Shown: positions 1 through 11,189, counted from the first letter of the stretch. The stretch: 64,000 bases of DNA from Ruditapes philippinarum (GCF_026571515.1 NW_026863698.1:1-64000); one strand, 5' to 3'. The notes: generated from the sequence alone by a model not told the origin. Numbers and translations: made by a program.

Positions 1-346
1 AAGTTCCGCCCATTGTTTTCCTCGTTTGGGCACACGCTTTTTATTACTTGGGGACCCAATACGCCGCTTTTCATGGAAATGGCCGGTAGTGTCACATTGA
101 AGGTTCCATGATAACCGCCGTATGAACACATCTGCGGATGTTTCTAAATTCAAAAATTTACTATTTCATGTTTAAATGTTGAATTCTGCTTAAGCCGGAT
201 GCTAGGGGGCGGGTGGACGGTAACTTGCACTTTCCAGTACCGTCCATGAAACAGGCTCAATCAAACCGAGCCTGCAACATTTTCAATTTTGCCGTGTTGG
301 GCTCTCTTTAGGGATTCTGTATTTATCTATTTAATAAAACCTAACA

Positions 347-471
347 AAATCTTCACTATCCATGTGGGATTCCTTTGAGAGTTTACCCTGGATAGACTTT
401 TCTTATTAATTAAAAGTATCTTCACTACTCATCTGGGATCCCTTTGAGAGTACACCCCGAGTAGACTTTTC
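347..471. repeat. Two-copy ~70 bp imperfect tandem duplication
   Basis: atcttcacta..cat.tgggat.cctttgagagt..accc.ga.tagactttt occurs twice. Confidence 0.7.
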
Positions 472-1061
472 AACTTAAAATGAATATGTTTACAAATGAT
501 TACACGTGCACAACAAAAAGTGTTTGTATTCTTTTAATAACAAAATCCTTTCGTCTTAAACGAAAATGACGAAGCAACTTTATTCGCTCCTTCTCGGTCA
601 GGTGTGGAAGATAATTGCCTTCCAGAATCGATAACAACGTCCTCATCTTTGTTTGATGACACTGACCCTACGACCTCAGGAAGGTCTAAATCAGCATTTG
701 CCCACTTACAACATTTAGCCAACCTATTTTCTATTACTTTACATGCATTACATTTACAAAAAACACCTTTTAGTATGGGTGCTGTCAAGTTTTTCTCCAA
801 CCGAGGTTTGATCCTGCGAACGGCACCAAAAAATATTTAAGTTAATGTAACGTTATTCTTAAAATAATTAACAAACGAAAACGATCGTCATAGTGATTTA
901 TTCAATTACTGTCCTTAACATAAGTTAGGTAATTCAAGAACAGAACTACAAGAGACTCCACACTTCTAAAACAATACAATGCTTTTTATTAATGACTTTG
1001 CCCAAACGTGCTTATGACAGCTAAATGACATGCCAAAGTAGGGCCAATCACTTTTAGTGTA

Positions 1062-1285
1062 GCCGCCTCCGTGGTCGAGGGGTTTAGAGTCGATGACTTC
1101 TAATCCAGTTACCTCTCTGGCGTGGGTTCGATCCCCGGGAGATGCTTTGGTAGTTTTAGCGCGGAGGAAGGTAGTCTAGTACTGGTGTAACTCTCCAGGA
1201 ACGATGGTTAGGAAACTACCCGCCTATATGACTGAAATACTGTTTGGAAAAAGGCGTAAAAAATCAAACAAACAAAACAAAACAA
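1062..1285 (+). mobile_element. tRNA-derived SINE (old copy)
   Basis: A-box-like gtggtcgaggggttt, B box GGTTCGATCCC, and 3' tail tatatgactgaaatactgtt...ggcgtaaa followed by (CAAA)n. Confidence 0.75.
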
Positions 1286-1349
1286 GCCATGATGTTGATG
1301 ATGATGAACACCTAAAAAAATAAAAAGGGAAAAATGGTTTCATTCTTGT

Positions 1350-2516
1350 TTAGATCTTAATTTGTGAGGATGGGCGATGAAGAACTGCTGGAGAGAATGC
1401 AAATAAATCAACTGATTCCAGGGATTCCCAGAGATTCTTGTGAGTGCATTAGTGGAACAATGGGAATTCTCCACTTGTTGTCTGGGTACAGCAGCTTGCA
1501 TCTCTACTACAACTTCATCTGGTATTTTATGTCCTCTTCCTCTCCGTCTCTTCTTTAATTGTTTTAAACAACATTATAATGATAGCACCAATGAAAAATA
1601 ATGATGACGATGAGGCTAATTGATCATGATGACATAAACTATGAATTAAAAAAAACTTAAAAGAATTTACAGCTTCCTCATAAAAATTTTCATTGCTTTG
1701 TGTAGGTTCAAGATATGTTTCAGTAAAGAGGCAGTCCTATGAATTGAATTTTGAACTGATTCCATTTCAAATTGCACTATCTTACTATTGTTTATCACTA
1801 TTCTCATGAATTATTATAGGCTTAAAGGATTTATGATATTTTCTATAAATGTATACTAAATATGATTATGAAAATCAGAAGTAATATACTTAAAGTACCT
1901 ATTAAACTCCAAAAAACATCTTAAACATGTTCGAGCCTTCATTTTTAACATCAGTAAATATTTTTACAAGGAACAGAAGTTGTAAACACATTATTAAAAC
2001 ACTGATACTTGAAAAGTGGTATTGGTTTTATAAATAATATACAAAGGAGTGATATTACCTTTGGATAGGGAAGCAGGTGGGTTTGGATTTAGAGTTGTAG
2101 ATTCTAGGTTGTAGTTCTTGGGTTGTAGGTGGGTTTTTGGTTTGGGACTCATAGATTCTGGGGATGATGGGTAATGATCTTTTGTTTCTTGATCGGTTGT
2201 GTAATCATCAGCTGAAATGATAAAAAATAGAGGGATTGGCAATAAATTCAATCTTGTTTATAAAATGATTATTTAACTAATGCGTTATTATTAGCTGAAA
2301 GGAAATAATATTTTAGAGAAACATTTATTTCCGTAGAAGTATTCAACTAAAGTTTCTTATCAGTTTACTATCCTTTAAAATTTAAAATAGTAAGAATCAC
2401 TAAGTATAACTTTCAGTGGTGAATATATTTTAAGATTTCAATACAACATGATCACTATAAAAGTACACACCTGCTGATGTTGTTGTGATGTCTGCCATAC
2501 CATGTACCATATGCTG
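1350..2516 (-). pseudogene. Decayed spliced gene for a probable single-pass membrane protein with Pro/Ser/Thr-rich stalk
   Basis: Exon ~2060-2211 (DDYTTDQETK...PPASLSK) has a canonical cag acceptor and gtaata donor, phase 1-1. A short exon lies at ~2472-2514. A hydrophobic stretch (..FIGAIIIMLFK) followed by KKRRRGRG is readable at ~1500-1640 only across frameshifts. Confidence 0.35.
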
Positions 2517-2800
2517 TAAGAAACATACATAAAATAACAATCTAGAATTAAAAATTTAATAGAGAGATAAATCACAACAGTCTCATACAGATCTATGCAA
2601 TTTATTATAACTTAAGTCACTTCAAACAACCTCGTTGTTGGACTAACCTTTTGATGACATAGTGTGTTGATATAACACATTCATAGTCCTGGGTTCAATC
2701 CCAGGCAGAGACATATATAGAGTTTTCTCCACTAAATGACTGGTGTATAACATAACACCGAGTTATCATCACTTTTTTGTAATTTCAGTGTGCTATTTAA

Positions 2801-5102
2801 ATGAAAACTGGACAAGCAGCTCACATGAATTGTAATTTACAATGCAAACAAGTTAATTTTATTCCAGTAATTTTTCATAACTTGAAAAATTTTGATGCAC
2901 ATTTATTATGTCAAAGTGTAGGATCCTTCAAAGATTATAAAATAAAATGTATACCACAAACCATGGAAAAATATATTAGTTTTAGTGTAGGAAGTCTTAG
3001 ATTTATTGACTCCTTTGCATTTTTACCATCTTCTCTAGAGACACTTGTTGATAATTTAACTCAAGATGGATTAAAAGGTTTTAAACACTTTCAAACTGAA
3101 ATCAAAGATCATACAGAACTGTTATTAAGAAAGGGGGTTTATCCCTATGAATACATGAACCAATGGGGGAAATTTGAAGAGCAACAGCTTCCTCCCATGC
3201 ACGAATTTTACTCGTCACTTACAAATGAAAATATTTCAATGCAAGAGTATGAATATGCTGTACGAGTTTTCGAAGCATGTGGTTGTAAGTCGTTAGGAGA
3301 ATATCATGATCTATACTTGAAAACAGATGTATTATTGCTAGCTGATGTGTTTGAAAATTTCAGAGATATGTCATTAAAATGTTATGACCTTGATCCATGT
3401 CACTTTTACACCAGTCCTGGTCTTAGCTGGCAGGCAATGTTAAAAATGACTGACGTTAGCTTAGAACTCATGACGGATATAGACCAAATTCTGTTTATTG
3501 AGAAGGGTATTCGAGGAGGGATCAGTCAGATTTCCAATAGATACAAAAAAGCAAATAATCCTTATTTAAGTGAGTATGATCCCACAAAAGAAAAGAATTT
3601 TTTGGCATATTACGATATAAATAATTTATATGGTCTGTCGTTATCTGATAGATTACCAATAGGTTTCTTTAGATTTTTATCTGAGGAAGAAATTAAATCT
3701 TTTGATGTTAGGAAAATACCAGAGGATGGATCTAAAGGATATATTTTGGAAGTAGACTTAGAATATCCAGAGAACTTACATGATAGTCATAATGACTATC
3801 CTTTGGCTCCAGAAAGAAAATTTATACCTAATGAAAAATTATCACCTTACGCACAACGTGTATTGAAAAAGCTTCATGGAAAACAAGCAGATGATCCAAT
3901 ACCCCCTAGAGCGAAAGTTGAAAAACTACTCACCACTCTTGAAGATAAAGAAAAGTATGTACTCCACTATAAGAATCTACAGCTGTATCTACGTCTAGGG
4001 ATGAAGCTGAAAAAAATTCACAGAATATTAGAATTTCAACAAGAAGCGTTCATGAAACCGTATGTTGAGTTCAACACAAACATGAGAAAACAGGCTAAAA
4101 CGACCTTTGAGAAGAATTTCTACAAATTGATGAATAATTCTGTGTTTGGTAAGTACATTCTGTTTAATACTGTATATTTCTATATAAGTAAACATTCTAG
4201 ATAATAATTAAACATTCTAGATAATTAATAAACATTCTAGATAATAATTAAATATTCTAGATAATAAATACATTGTATTTCTATAATTACAAAATGAGCT
4301 TACTCAGATTCGACCGTTACTAAATTCACATTTATTTTTACTTTCAGGAAAGACGATGGAGAATCTTAGAAAGCATCGTTCAGTTGAATTGGTACATACA
4401 GAAAAACGCTTAAGGAAGGTATCAGCCAAATCTACCTACAAGCTACATCGAATTTTCTCTGAAGATCTTGTTGGAGTAGAATTAAACAGATTGAAAGTAA
4501 AACTGAACAAACCTATATACATTGGGATGACTGTTTTGGACTTATCCAAAAGGAGCATGTATCATTTCTTTTATGACCATTTAAAAGAATTGTATTCCGA
4601 CAATGTTTCCTTACTTTTCACTGACACTGACTCTTTATTCATTTCATGTAAATGTGAGGATCTATTCCAAGATATGTATGATTATGCTCATCTTTTTGAT
4701 ACTTCTGACTTTCCGAAAGATCACTTTTTACAAAGTGATATCAATAAAAAAGTTATGGGGAAAATGAAAAGTGAAACCAATGAAAAATGTATTTCAGAAT
4801 ACTGCGGTCTCAGATCGAAAATGTATGCTTTTAGTTGTGATGGTAAAGAAGACAAACGTGCCAAAGGTATAGCAAAAGTGGTTGTCAAAAAAGACTTAAA
4901 ATTACAGCATTATAAAGATGTATTATTCAATGATTCTCAATTAGTTTCTCGAATGAATACATTTCGCAGCCATAATCATAAAATTTATCTCGAAAATATT
5001 AAGAAGATTGGACTATCTTGTTTTGATGATAAGAGGTACTTATTAGAGGATGGTATTACATCGTTAGCGTATGGACATTACAAAATAGAAAATACTAATT
5101 AG
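2801..5102 (+). CDS. Protein-primed family B DNA polymerase (Polinton pPolB), N-terminally truncated, 2 exons: join(2801..4148,4348..5102)
   Basis: Motifs HNLKNFD (ExoII), YLKTDVLLL (ExoIII), RKGVYPYEY, RGGIS, YYDINNLYG (motif A), FTDTDS (motif C), GLRSKMY, KGI and DDKRY are present. Removing intron 4149-4347 (gtaagt...ttttactttcag, phase 1) restores motif B KLMNNSVFG-KTMEN. Confidence 0.95.
4189..4270. repeat. ~20 bp minisatellite (taaacattctagataataat) x4 inside the polymerase intron
   Basis: Direct reading of repeated units. Confidence 0.85.
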
Positions 5103-5211
5103 ATATTTATTCTATCAGCTATGACAGTTCAGAGAATATAAATATTTCACAGCACACCCATCAACCAAACAACTTTTTATGTTTTTTGTTTGTTTTCTCT
5201 TCTTTTCCGTC

Positions 5212-7216
5212 TTATTGTGCAAGTGTAACCTAAAAAAATGAAATATTAATGTGTATAACAATTATTCTTATTGTCATTATATTAATGTGTAGAACTACTA
5301 TTATTACCATCACATTAATGTGTTTACCATTTTAAATGTTTAATAAAGAGTTTCAACAATTCTGTCTCAGTATCTTTTTTATCTTTAGAAATGTCTTACC
5401 GGAATGGCGTAAAAGATACTGTCCTCCCCCTCGAATTGGTCATCCTGGTTATTATATATGGCGACCTAAGAATGTTAATTAAGATGAATATGTAAATGTG
5501 TACATACTATTATATATCTCAAATATTTTACATTATTTGCAATTCATTTAAATTATTGCTAACAAAAGATGAAATGTATTAATTAGCATATAAATTAAGC
5601 AACAGGTGAAATGTATGTTAAAGTATTAATTAGCATATAAGTATTAGTTTAATCAACTTACACTCCAGCCTCTTCAGCAGACTGATATTATCTTAAATTT
5701 AAGATGACTTATTAATATGCAAAGATGTTATTTACAAATATGATATATTTTTATACTATAAATTATAAAATGAAGTGGTATGGAGTAAATATATACTTTG
5801 ATGTTTACGTTAGGATAGGTTGAAAGATGAATCTTGCACATAAACTTACGGCTTGAGCAGAAACAATCTGCTGTGGTTGTTGCATCTGCTGTGGTTGTTG
5901 CATCTGCTGTGGATGTTGCATCTGCTGTGGTTGTTGCATCTGCTGTGGTTGTTGCATCTGCTGCTACTGTTGTTGTTGAGGTTGTTGCATCTGCTGTGGT
6001 TGTTGCATCTGCTGCTGCTGTGGTTGTTGCATCTGCTGCTGCTGCTGTTGTTGTTGAGGTTCTTGCATCTGCTGCTGCTGAGGTTGTTGCATCTGCTGCT
6101 GTCGCTGTTGTTGAGGTTCTTGCATCTGCTGCTGTCGCTGTTGTTGAGGTTCTTGCATCTGCTGCTGTCGCTGTTGTTGAGGTTTTTGCATCTGCTGCTG
6201 TCGCTGTTGTTGAGGTTCTTGCATCTGCTGCTGTCGCTGTTGTTGAGGTTGTTGCATCTGCTGCTGATGCTGTTGTTGAGGTTCTTGCATCTGCTGCTGA
6301 TGCTGTTGTTGAGGTTCTTGCATCTGCTGCTGTCGCTGTTGTTGAGGTTCTTGCATCTGCTGCTGTCGCTGTTGTTGAGGTTCTTGCATCTGCTGCTGTC
6401 GCTGTTGTTGAGGTTGTTGCATCTGCTGCTGATGCTGTTGTTGAGGTTCTTGCATCTGCTGCTGATGCTGTTGTTGAGGTTCTTGCATCTGCTGCTGATG
6501 CTGTTGTTGAGGTTGTTGCATCTGCTGCTGATGCTGTTGTTGAGGTTCTTGCATCTGCTGCTGATGCTGTTGTTGAGGTTGTTGCTGCTGTACCTGCAGA
6601 TGTGGGTTTTTTTAGAAAATATGAACATGAATAAACTGAATAAATATTGAATATTTCAGAACATATGTTTCACATCCTTAAGATAAAATGTTAGCACTTG
6701 GATTCTTAACACATACAAGTTCAAAATATGTGTCTTCAAACCACTTAATGCTATTTTTTATGACCAATAGTTTAAACATCAACGATTCCCTAAAACGGAT
6801 GCAAATACTGGTTAAATTTCCAGGAAGAAGTCACCCTGAGCGTGATTAATATAAGTTGTAAGAACTTGTTACACAATCAATGTAAAATAAATAGGTTTTA
6901 ACCAAATGATAACAATAACTTAGAAATATTCTTAACAAACCTGTGGTGATGTACTGTTGAATATATCCGCATAATGTTCCACTCTTAGGAGTAATTTCCG
7001 AAGTTCTTCAATCTCATCTTTATTAAATGTTATAGATTTTGATTTTGAAAAATCGAATTTTCCCCCAGGGCTATTGAAGCAGCCTTTTTTGTCTGATATA
7101 TGCACATATGTCCTCCCGTTAAACGGGGTGATACATATCTCCTTATTTTTCCCAAATTGGGAAGATGCTTTAACTATTCTGTTATCATAACTTCTCTTTT
7201 CGGTGAAACTAGCCAT
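5212..7216 (-). CDS. Multi-exon PC4/Sub1-like domain + polyglutamine-repeat protein (premature TAG at 5964-5966)
   Basis: Exon 1 6941-7216 has a PC4-like pattern FGKNKEICITPFNGRTYVHI...KSITFNKDEIEELRKLL and a gtttgt donor. Exon 2 5850-6593 (cag|GTA, in frame, Gln repeat) ends at a gtaagt donor. A mini-exon at ~5662-5681 has uncertain phase. Exon 5400-5465 reads VAIYNNQDDQFEGEDSIFYAIP. Last exon 5212-5229 reads VTLAQ*. Confidence 0.7.
5866..6590. repeat. Coding minisatellite: ~15 x 33 nt (MQEPQQQ[H/R]QQQ) plus 18-nt units (MQQPQQ)
   Basis: Direct reading; it explains the multiple overlapping ORFs on both strands. Confidence 0.95.
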
Positions 7217-7307
7217 TTTTAAACAAGGAATAGTAACCAATAAACTCAATGAATAGTAAGCAGTAAACTCAATGAATAATTTGAGGAAATTGTTTAAAAA
7301 CAAAATG

Positions 7308-7506
7308 TTTTATAGTCATCAGCTGATGTTCTTTCGTGGTCAATTTTTTAAACTGAAAATATACTACCCTTGTGATTGGTTCATTAAAAAGCATCTATAT
7401 TAGGGGCATTTTCATTGGTTAGTGTTTTATATCTTTACATCAATTTACTTAATTTACTTTTCCATTGGTTCTGTAATAAACATCTCTGAAAACAAATTTA
7501 CATTGG
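7308..7506 (-). promoter_or_regulatory. Putative Pol II promoter of the PC4-like gene: TATA box plus four CCAAT boxes
   Basis: CTATAAAA (minus strand, 7308-7315) lies ~90 bp upstream of the ATG. CCAAT occurs on the minus strand at 7375, 7414, 7464 and 7502. Confidence 0.5.
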
Positions 7507-7919
7507 ATAATCAACCAAACGAGTTAAAGTATTTGCATTATTAAACTATTGTCGTTTTTTTTTTTTTTTTTATATCTATTTTACGGAATGGTAAACGTAA
7601 ATGAACTAATCCTACAAGTGCCGCAAATGATGAAGTAGTTAATATTGCTGCAAGAAAATGAAGCTCAGCTGAAACAACACCTTTTTTTCTCTATCACATG
7701 TAACATTTAGTACCTTACAACCTTTCATATCTTTTCGCTACATTAAATTATTTGAGTTAATTAAGCGATAACAAGTTTGACCTTGAACTTTATATATTAT
7801 AACACGCAGTAGAAGAAAAAACGGTAAAAGGAAGAAAACGCAAAGAAAACTGCCATGTATTTGATATTTTTGTATCTGCTACCTACTTTGGGCGTAAAAT
7901 CAGTGCAGACATCTATCGA

Positions 7920-8306
7920 CATGACAGCTGATAAAACAGTGTGTGTCTTTTTATTAAGAAGTGGTTGAACTAATAGAAAACGAGAGAAAATATATATTAC
8001 AACTAATAAGTATTTTATTCCATCATTATATTTTGAAATATTTTCAACTGACATAAGATCCATATCAGCTTGATCGTTTAAACCTGCTACTTGTACATTT
8101 GGGGTATTATATCTATGTCTTATTTGTTTTTGTACTGCATACGCATCTTGATTATTCAACCATTTCTTGATGAAATTCAAACTAAATACTCCAGGGTATT
8201 TTTCAGATAATAGTTTTAACAACTTTGTAGCACCTAAATAACTTCCAGGATTTTTTACATCAAAATAGTACTCCAAGAGAATGTGTTCCTTCTGTGTCTT
8301 ATCCAT
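7920..8306 (-). pseudogene. Polinton-type retroviral-like integrase, N-terminal part only (3' truncated)
   Basis: From ATG 8306: YYFDVKNPGSYLG...WLNNQDAY...QADMDL...NDGIKYLLVVIYIFSR...PLLNK matches the Polinton integrase N-terminus. Similarity is lost after ~7920, so the rest of the DDE core and the chromodomain are absent. Confidence 0.85.
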
Positions 8307-9203
8307 TTTTATATGCCCGAAAGGGCATATTATGTTATACCCCCTGGCGTCCGTTTGTCTGTCCGTCCGTACGTCCGTCCGTCCGTTAGCAATTTGGTTT
8401 CCGGAGCATAACTTAAGTTCCATTTGGCCCACAATGTTCAAACTTCATAGGATGATTGCCCATATTGGGTAGAAGACCCCTATTGATTTTGGGGTCAAAA
8501 GGTCAAAGGTCAAGGTCACTATGACCTTAAAACTGAAAACAGTTTCCGGAGCATAACTTAAGTTCCATACGACCCACAATGTTCAAACTTCATAGGATGA
8601 TTGTCCATATTGGGTAGAAGACCCCTTTTGATTTTGGGGTCACAAGGTCAAAGGTCAAGGTCACTATTTCCTTGATACTGTAAAACACAATATTCAAACT
8701 TCATAGGATGATTGTCCATATTGGGCAAAAGACCCCTATTGATTTTGGGGTCACTAGGTCAAAGGTCAAGGTCACAATTACCTTAAAACCAAAAACAGTT
8801 TCCAGAGCATAACGGAAGTTCCATTTGGCCCACCATATTCAAACTTCATAGGATGATTGTCCATATTGGGTAGAAGACCCCTATTGATTTTGGGGTCACA
8901 AGGTCAAAGTCACTTTTACCTTAATACTGAAAACAGTTTCTAGAGCATAATTAAAGTTCCAATTGGCCCACAATATTCAAACTTCTTAGGATAATTGTCC
9001 ATATAAGGTAGAAGACCCCTATTGATTCTGGGGTCACAAGGTCAAAGGTAAAGTTCATTAATAATAACTTAAGTATTAATCAACCTACAGCTGTAAAACT
9101 TTATAGGATGAACAGCGAATTCCCATGTCTTACAAATGCTTCATCCTTACTAAAAAAACAACACTTTCGGGCATATAATGCTCCGCCTAGCGGTGCTCTT
9201 GTT
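8307..9203 (+). mobile_element. Non-autonomous Helentron/pearl-like element with internal tandem repeats, inserted immediately upstream of the integrase ATG
   Basis: T-run start, subterminal IR tatatgcccgaa / ttcgggcatata, (GTCC)n microsatellite, ~5 units with ggggtcacaaggtcaaaggtcaagg, and 3' hairpin gctccgcctagcggtgc followed by tcttgtt. Confidence 0.85.
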
Positions 9204-9359
9204 GATACTTGTAAATGAAGAAATATGCTTAAATGTGAAATGGATTAGACAAGACTGAACACATTCTTTATTTCAACTATTAAAAAATAACAAGACACTT
9301 TTTATTACAACCTTTTACTAAGATAAAAACAAGTGCTTATATGTTATTTTACATGATAA

Positions 9360-9813
9360 TTATTTGTTTGCGAGTACCTGTTTGTGCAAGTAAATCACTT
9401 CGTGTGAAAGGTTAAGTCCTTGTACTAAGACTTCCCATGCTTGCAACACTTTGGTTTCATCTACTTCCAGTAACATTTCTTCAAAGTAAAAGTCATAGGC
9501 TTGCTCGTCATCATACATAAGGTCGCTCATGATACAGTCATGTTGTGTCAGTGAAGGGTGATCTATAAAACATCCATAGCAATGTTTCTTCACTATCATA
9601 CTTTTTACGTTAATCAATGCTTTTGCATATACAAAGTCAAAATATGAGTTCATCAACATCACGCTAGTTGCAGGAGGTGTACAATGGTTAATAGTAACAT
9701 GACTTTGCTTCATTTCATCCAGCTCCTCCTCATCAAATTGTGTAAGAGTCACTCCGTTCATTGTCACTATCCACATATTCATTGTTTTCAATTTCTAATC
9801 TCAGATTTGCCAT
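9360..9813 (-). pseudogene. Polinton accessory ORF with CxGCxxxHPSxxxHxC motif, frameshifted near the 5' end
   Basis: Motif HCYGCFIDHPSLTQHDC. The probable true start ATG 9813 (MANLRLEIENNEY..) is out of frame with the rest. Confidence 0.6.
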
Positions 9814-9942
9814 GTTTATACCAGTAGTGCAAGGGCAAAAATGTTTTTGAAGTTTTACAGTGGTTAACTTATATATACGTACGTCTATACAGCTTGGTTT
9901 TCGAAATAACGGTTATTTCAAAATTTGTATTTTCACTTTGCT

Positions 9943-10299
9943 CTACCGCCAAAAAGTGAGGTGCTCTCCCACTGAGCTGCTCCATTTTAGATCCTCATCT
10001 AGAAGAGAAATATTTTCAGACCGATTTGATTGTCCAACCATTTTCAGAAATAAAAAACTTTTTGAATGAATACCGTGTTCTTTCATTGGATCGTCTGTCT
10101 TTTTCCATTGATTGAGTCTAATAGCACAGGAAAAACATTGTACAATATCTCCTCTCCCCGTATAATAAAATCCAGCAGATGCCAGTTCATATTTATTAGG
10201 TTGAATTTGTTGAGACCAGGATTCGAACGTTTGTAGTCTATTCTCATACAGTTTAAGCTCTGGTGATTTAAACTCTATACCTAAACCCGTACATTCCAT
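9943..10299 (-). CDS. Single-BIR-domain inhibitor-of-apoptosis-like protein (fourth Zn ligand Cys replaced by Phe)
   Basis: RLQTFESW...LASAGFYYTGRGDIVQCFSC...WKKTDDPMKEH is the BIR consensus. The ORF is intronless and has no RING. Confidence 0.9.
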   Translation of the reverse strand: MECTGLGIEFKSPELKLYENRLQTFESWSQQIQPNKYELASAGFYYTGRGDIVQCFSCAIRLNQWKKTDDPMKEHGIHSKSFLFLKMVGQSNRSENISLLDEDLKWSSSVGEHLTFWR

Positions 10300-10602
10300 T
10301 ATGACTGTCCTTGTAAAAATGAACCTAACAACTGAATGCTTTCCTTTAAATCACACAAAGATTCAAACTGTTTCATATCTATAGATAATGTGGATTTTCC
10401 TTTTTGTAAAATAATCACCGTTTTACTTCGTTTTTTCTTAATAGTTTATAAATGTTTATCATCTAAGCTACAACGAACCTCTTTTGTTATTGGACACCAA
10501 TTAACAGTCTGAAAGCCATAAGTTTTCAAATAATATAAAGATTCCTCACTAAACATCAATTGTGCTTGAGCCATGCTTTTAGAAACAAATAAACAATCGT
10601 CT

Positions 10603-10878
10603 TTAAATATTACGAAGCATTCCTTCTTCTAATGATTCGTCTGCCATTAAATTTGGGGTAAAATTACACAACTCGTGCCACCAATGTCCGTTTTGTAAAT
10701 ACCTATTTGCCGCAAAAGTAAAGCGTGATGGATAAGCTTGTAATAAACCAATCATATAATAATGCGACCAACGAAGGCTATGAAAAACATCTTGTACTTC
10801 TGCATCTACCCAAGGATATCTTTCATCTTCATTTAACCAAAATGAATTACTGTTTACAGCATAACGTCTCAAATCCAT
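10603..10878 (-). CDS. Small Trp/Tyr-rich orphan protein (paralogue A)
   Basis: Aligns by eye with 11190-11477 (MDLRxY..FWxNxxERxxWxDxEV..YMIxLLxxYPSxF..HWWHELCxFTxNLM); protein-level conservation supports coding. Confidence 0.75.
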   Translation of the reverse strand: MDLRRYAVNSNSFWLNEDERYPWVDAEVQDVFHSLRWSHYYMIGLLQAYPSRFTFAANRYLQNGHWWHELCNFTPNLMADESLEEGMLRNI

Positions 10879-11189
10879 TCTGATGTTAAAAAGACAATCA
10901 TCAAGTAATCTTTAACGTAAAGCATTCAACAACCGTAGTTTATACCCCTCGCTTAATTTCAAACTGGTTGCTTACATTTAAAAAAGATCACTAGTTATTT
11001 CCCGCCATATTTGACCGCCAACTGTTTGGAATACATTCACGTCCAGCCACAATCAAAAGTCGTGATGAAAATTAGGTTCTATACACAAGATAATGCATAG
11101 TTTTCAATGAACAATCACAACAGTACTTGAAAGATTTAAGTGTTTTACTAAAAAACTTGTTTCGACAGTCATGTTAGAAGTGGAACGAT

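Noticed and set aside
2650-2712. tRNA-like T-arm (cctgggttcaatcccagg)
   Set aside because: No complete cloverleaf or acceptor stem; at best a decayed SINE head.
5834-6650. Val/Ala-rich, Leu/His-rich and Asn/Ser/Cys-rich ORFs
   Set aside because: They are alternative frames of the same minisatellite. Only the Gln frame has compatible splice sites and a homologous paralogue.
8307-8441. N-terminal 45 aa of the 214 aa ORF
   Set aside because: Read-through from the inserted element's microsatellite; the integrase starts at 8306.
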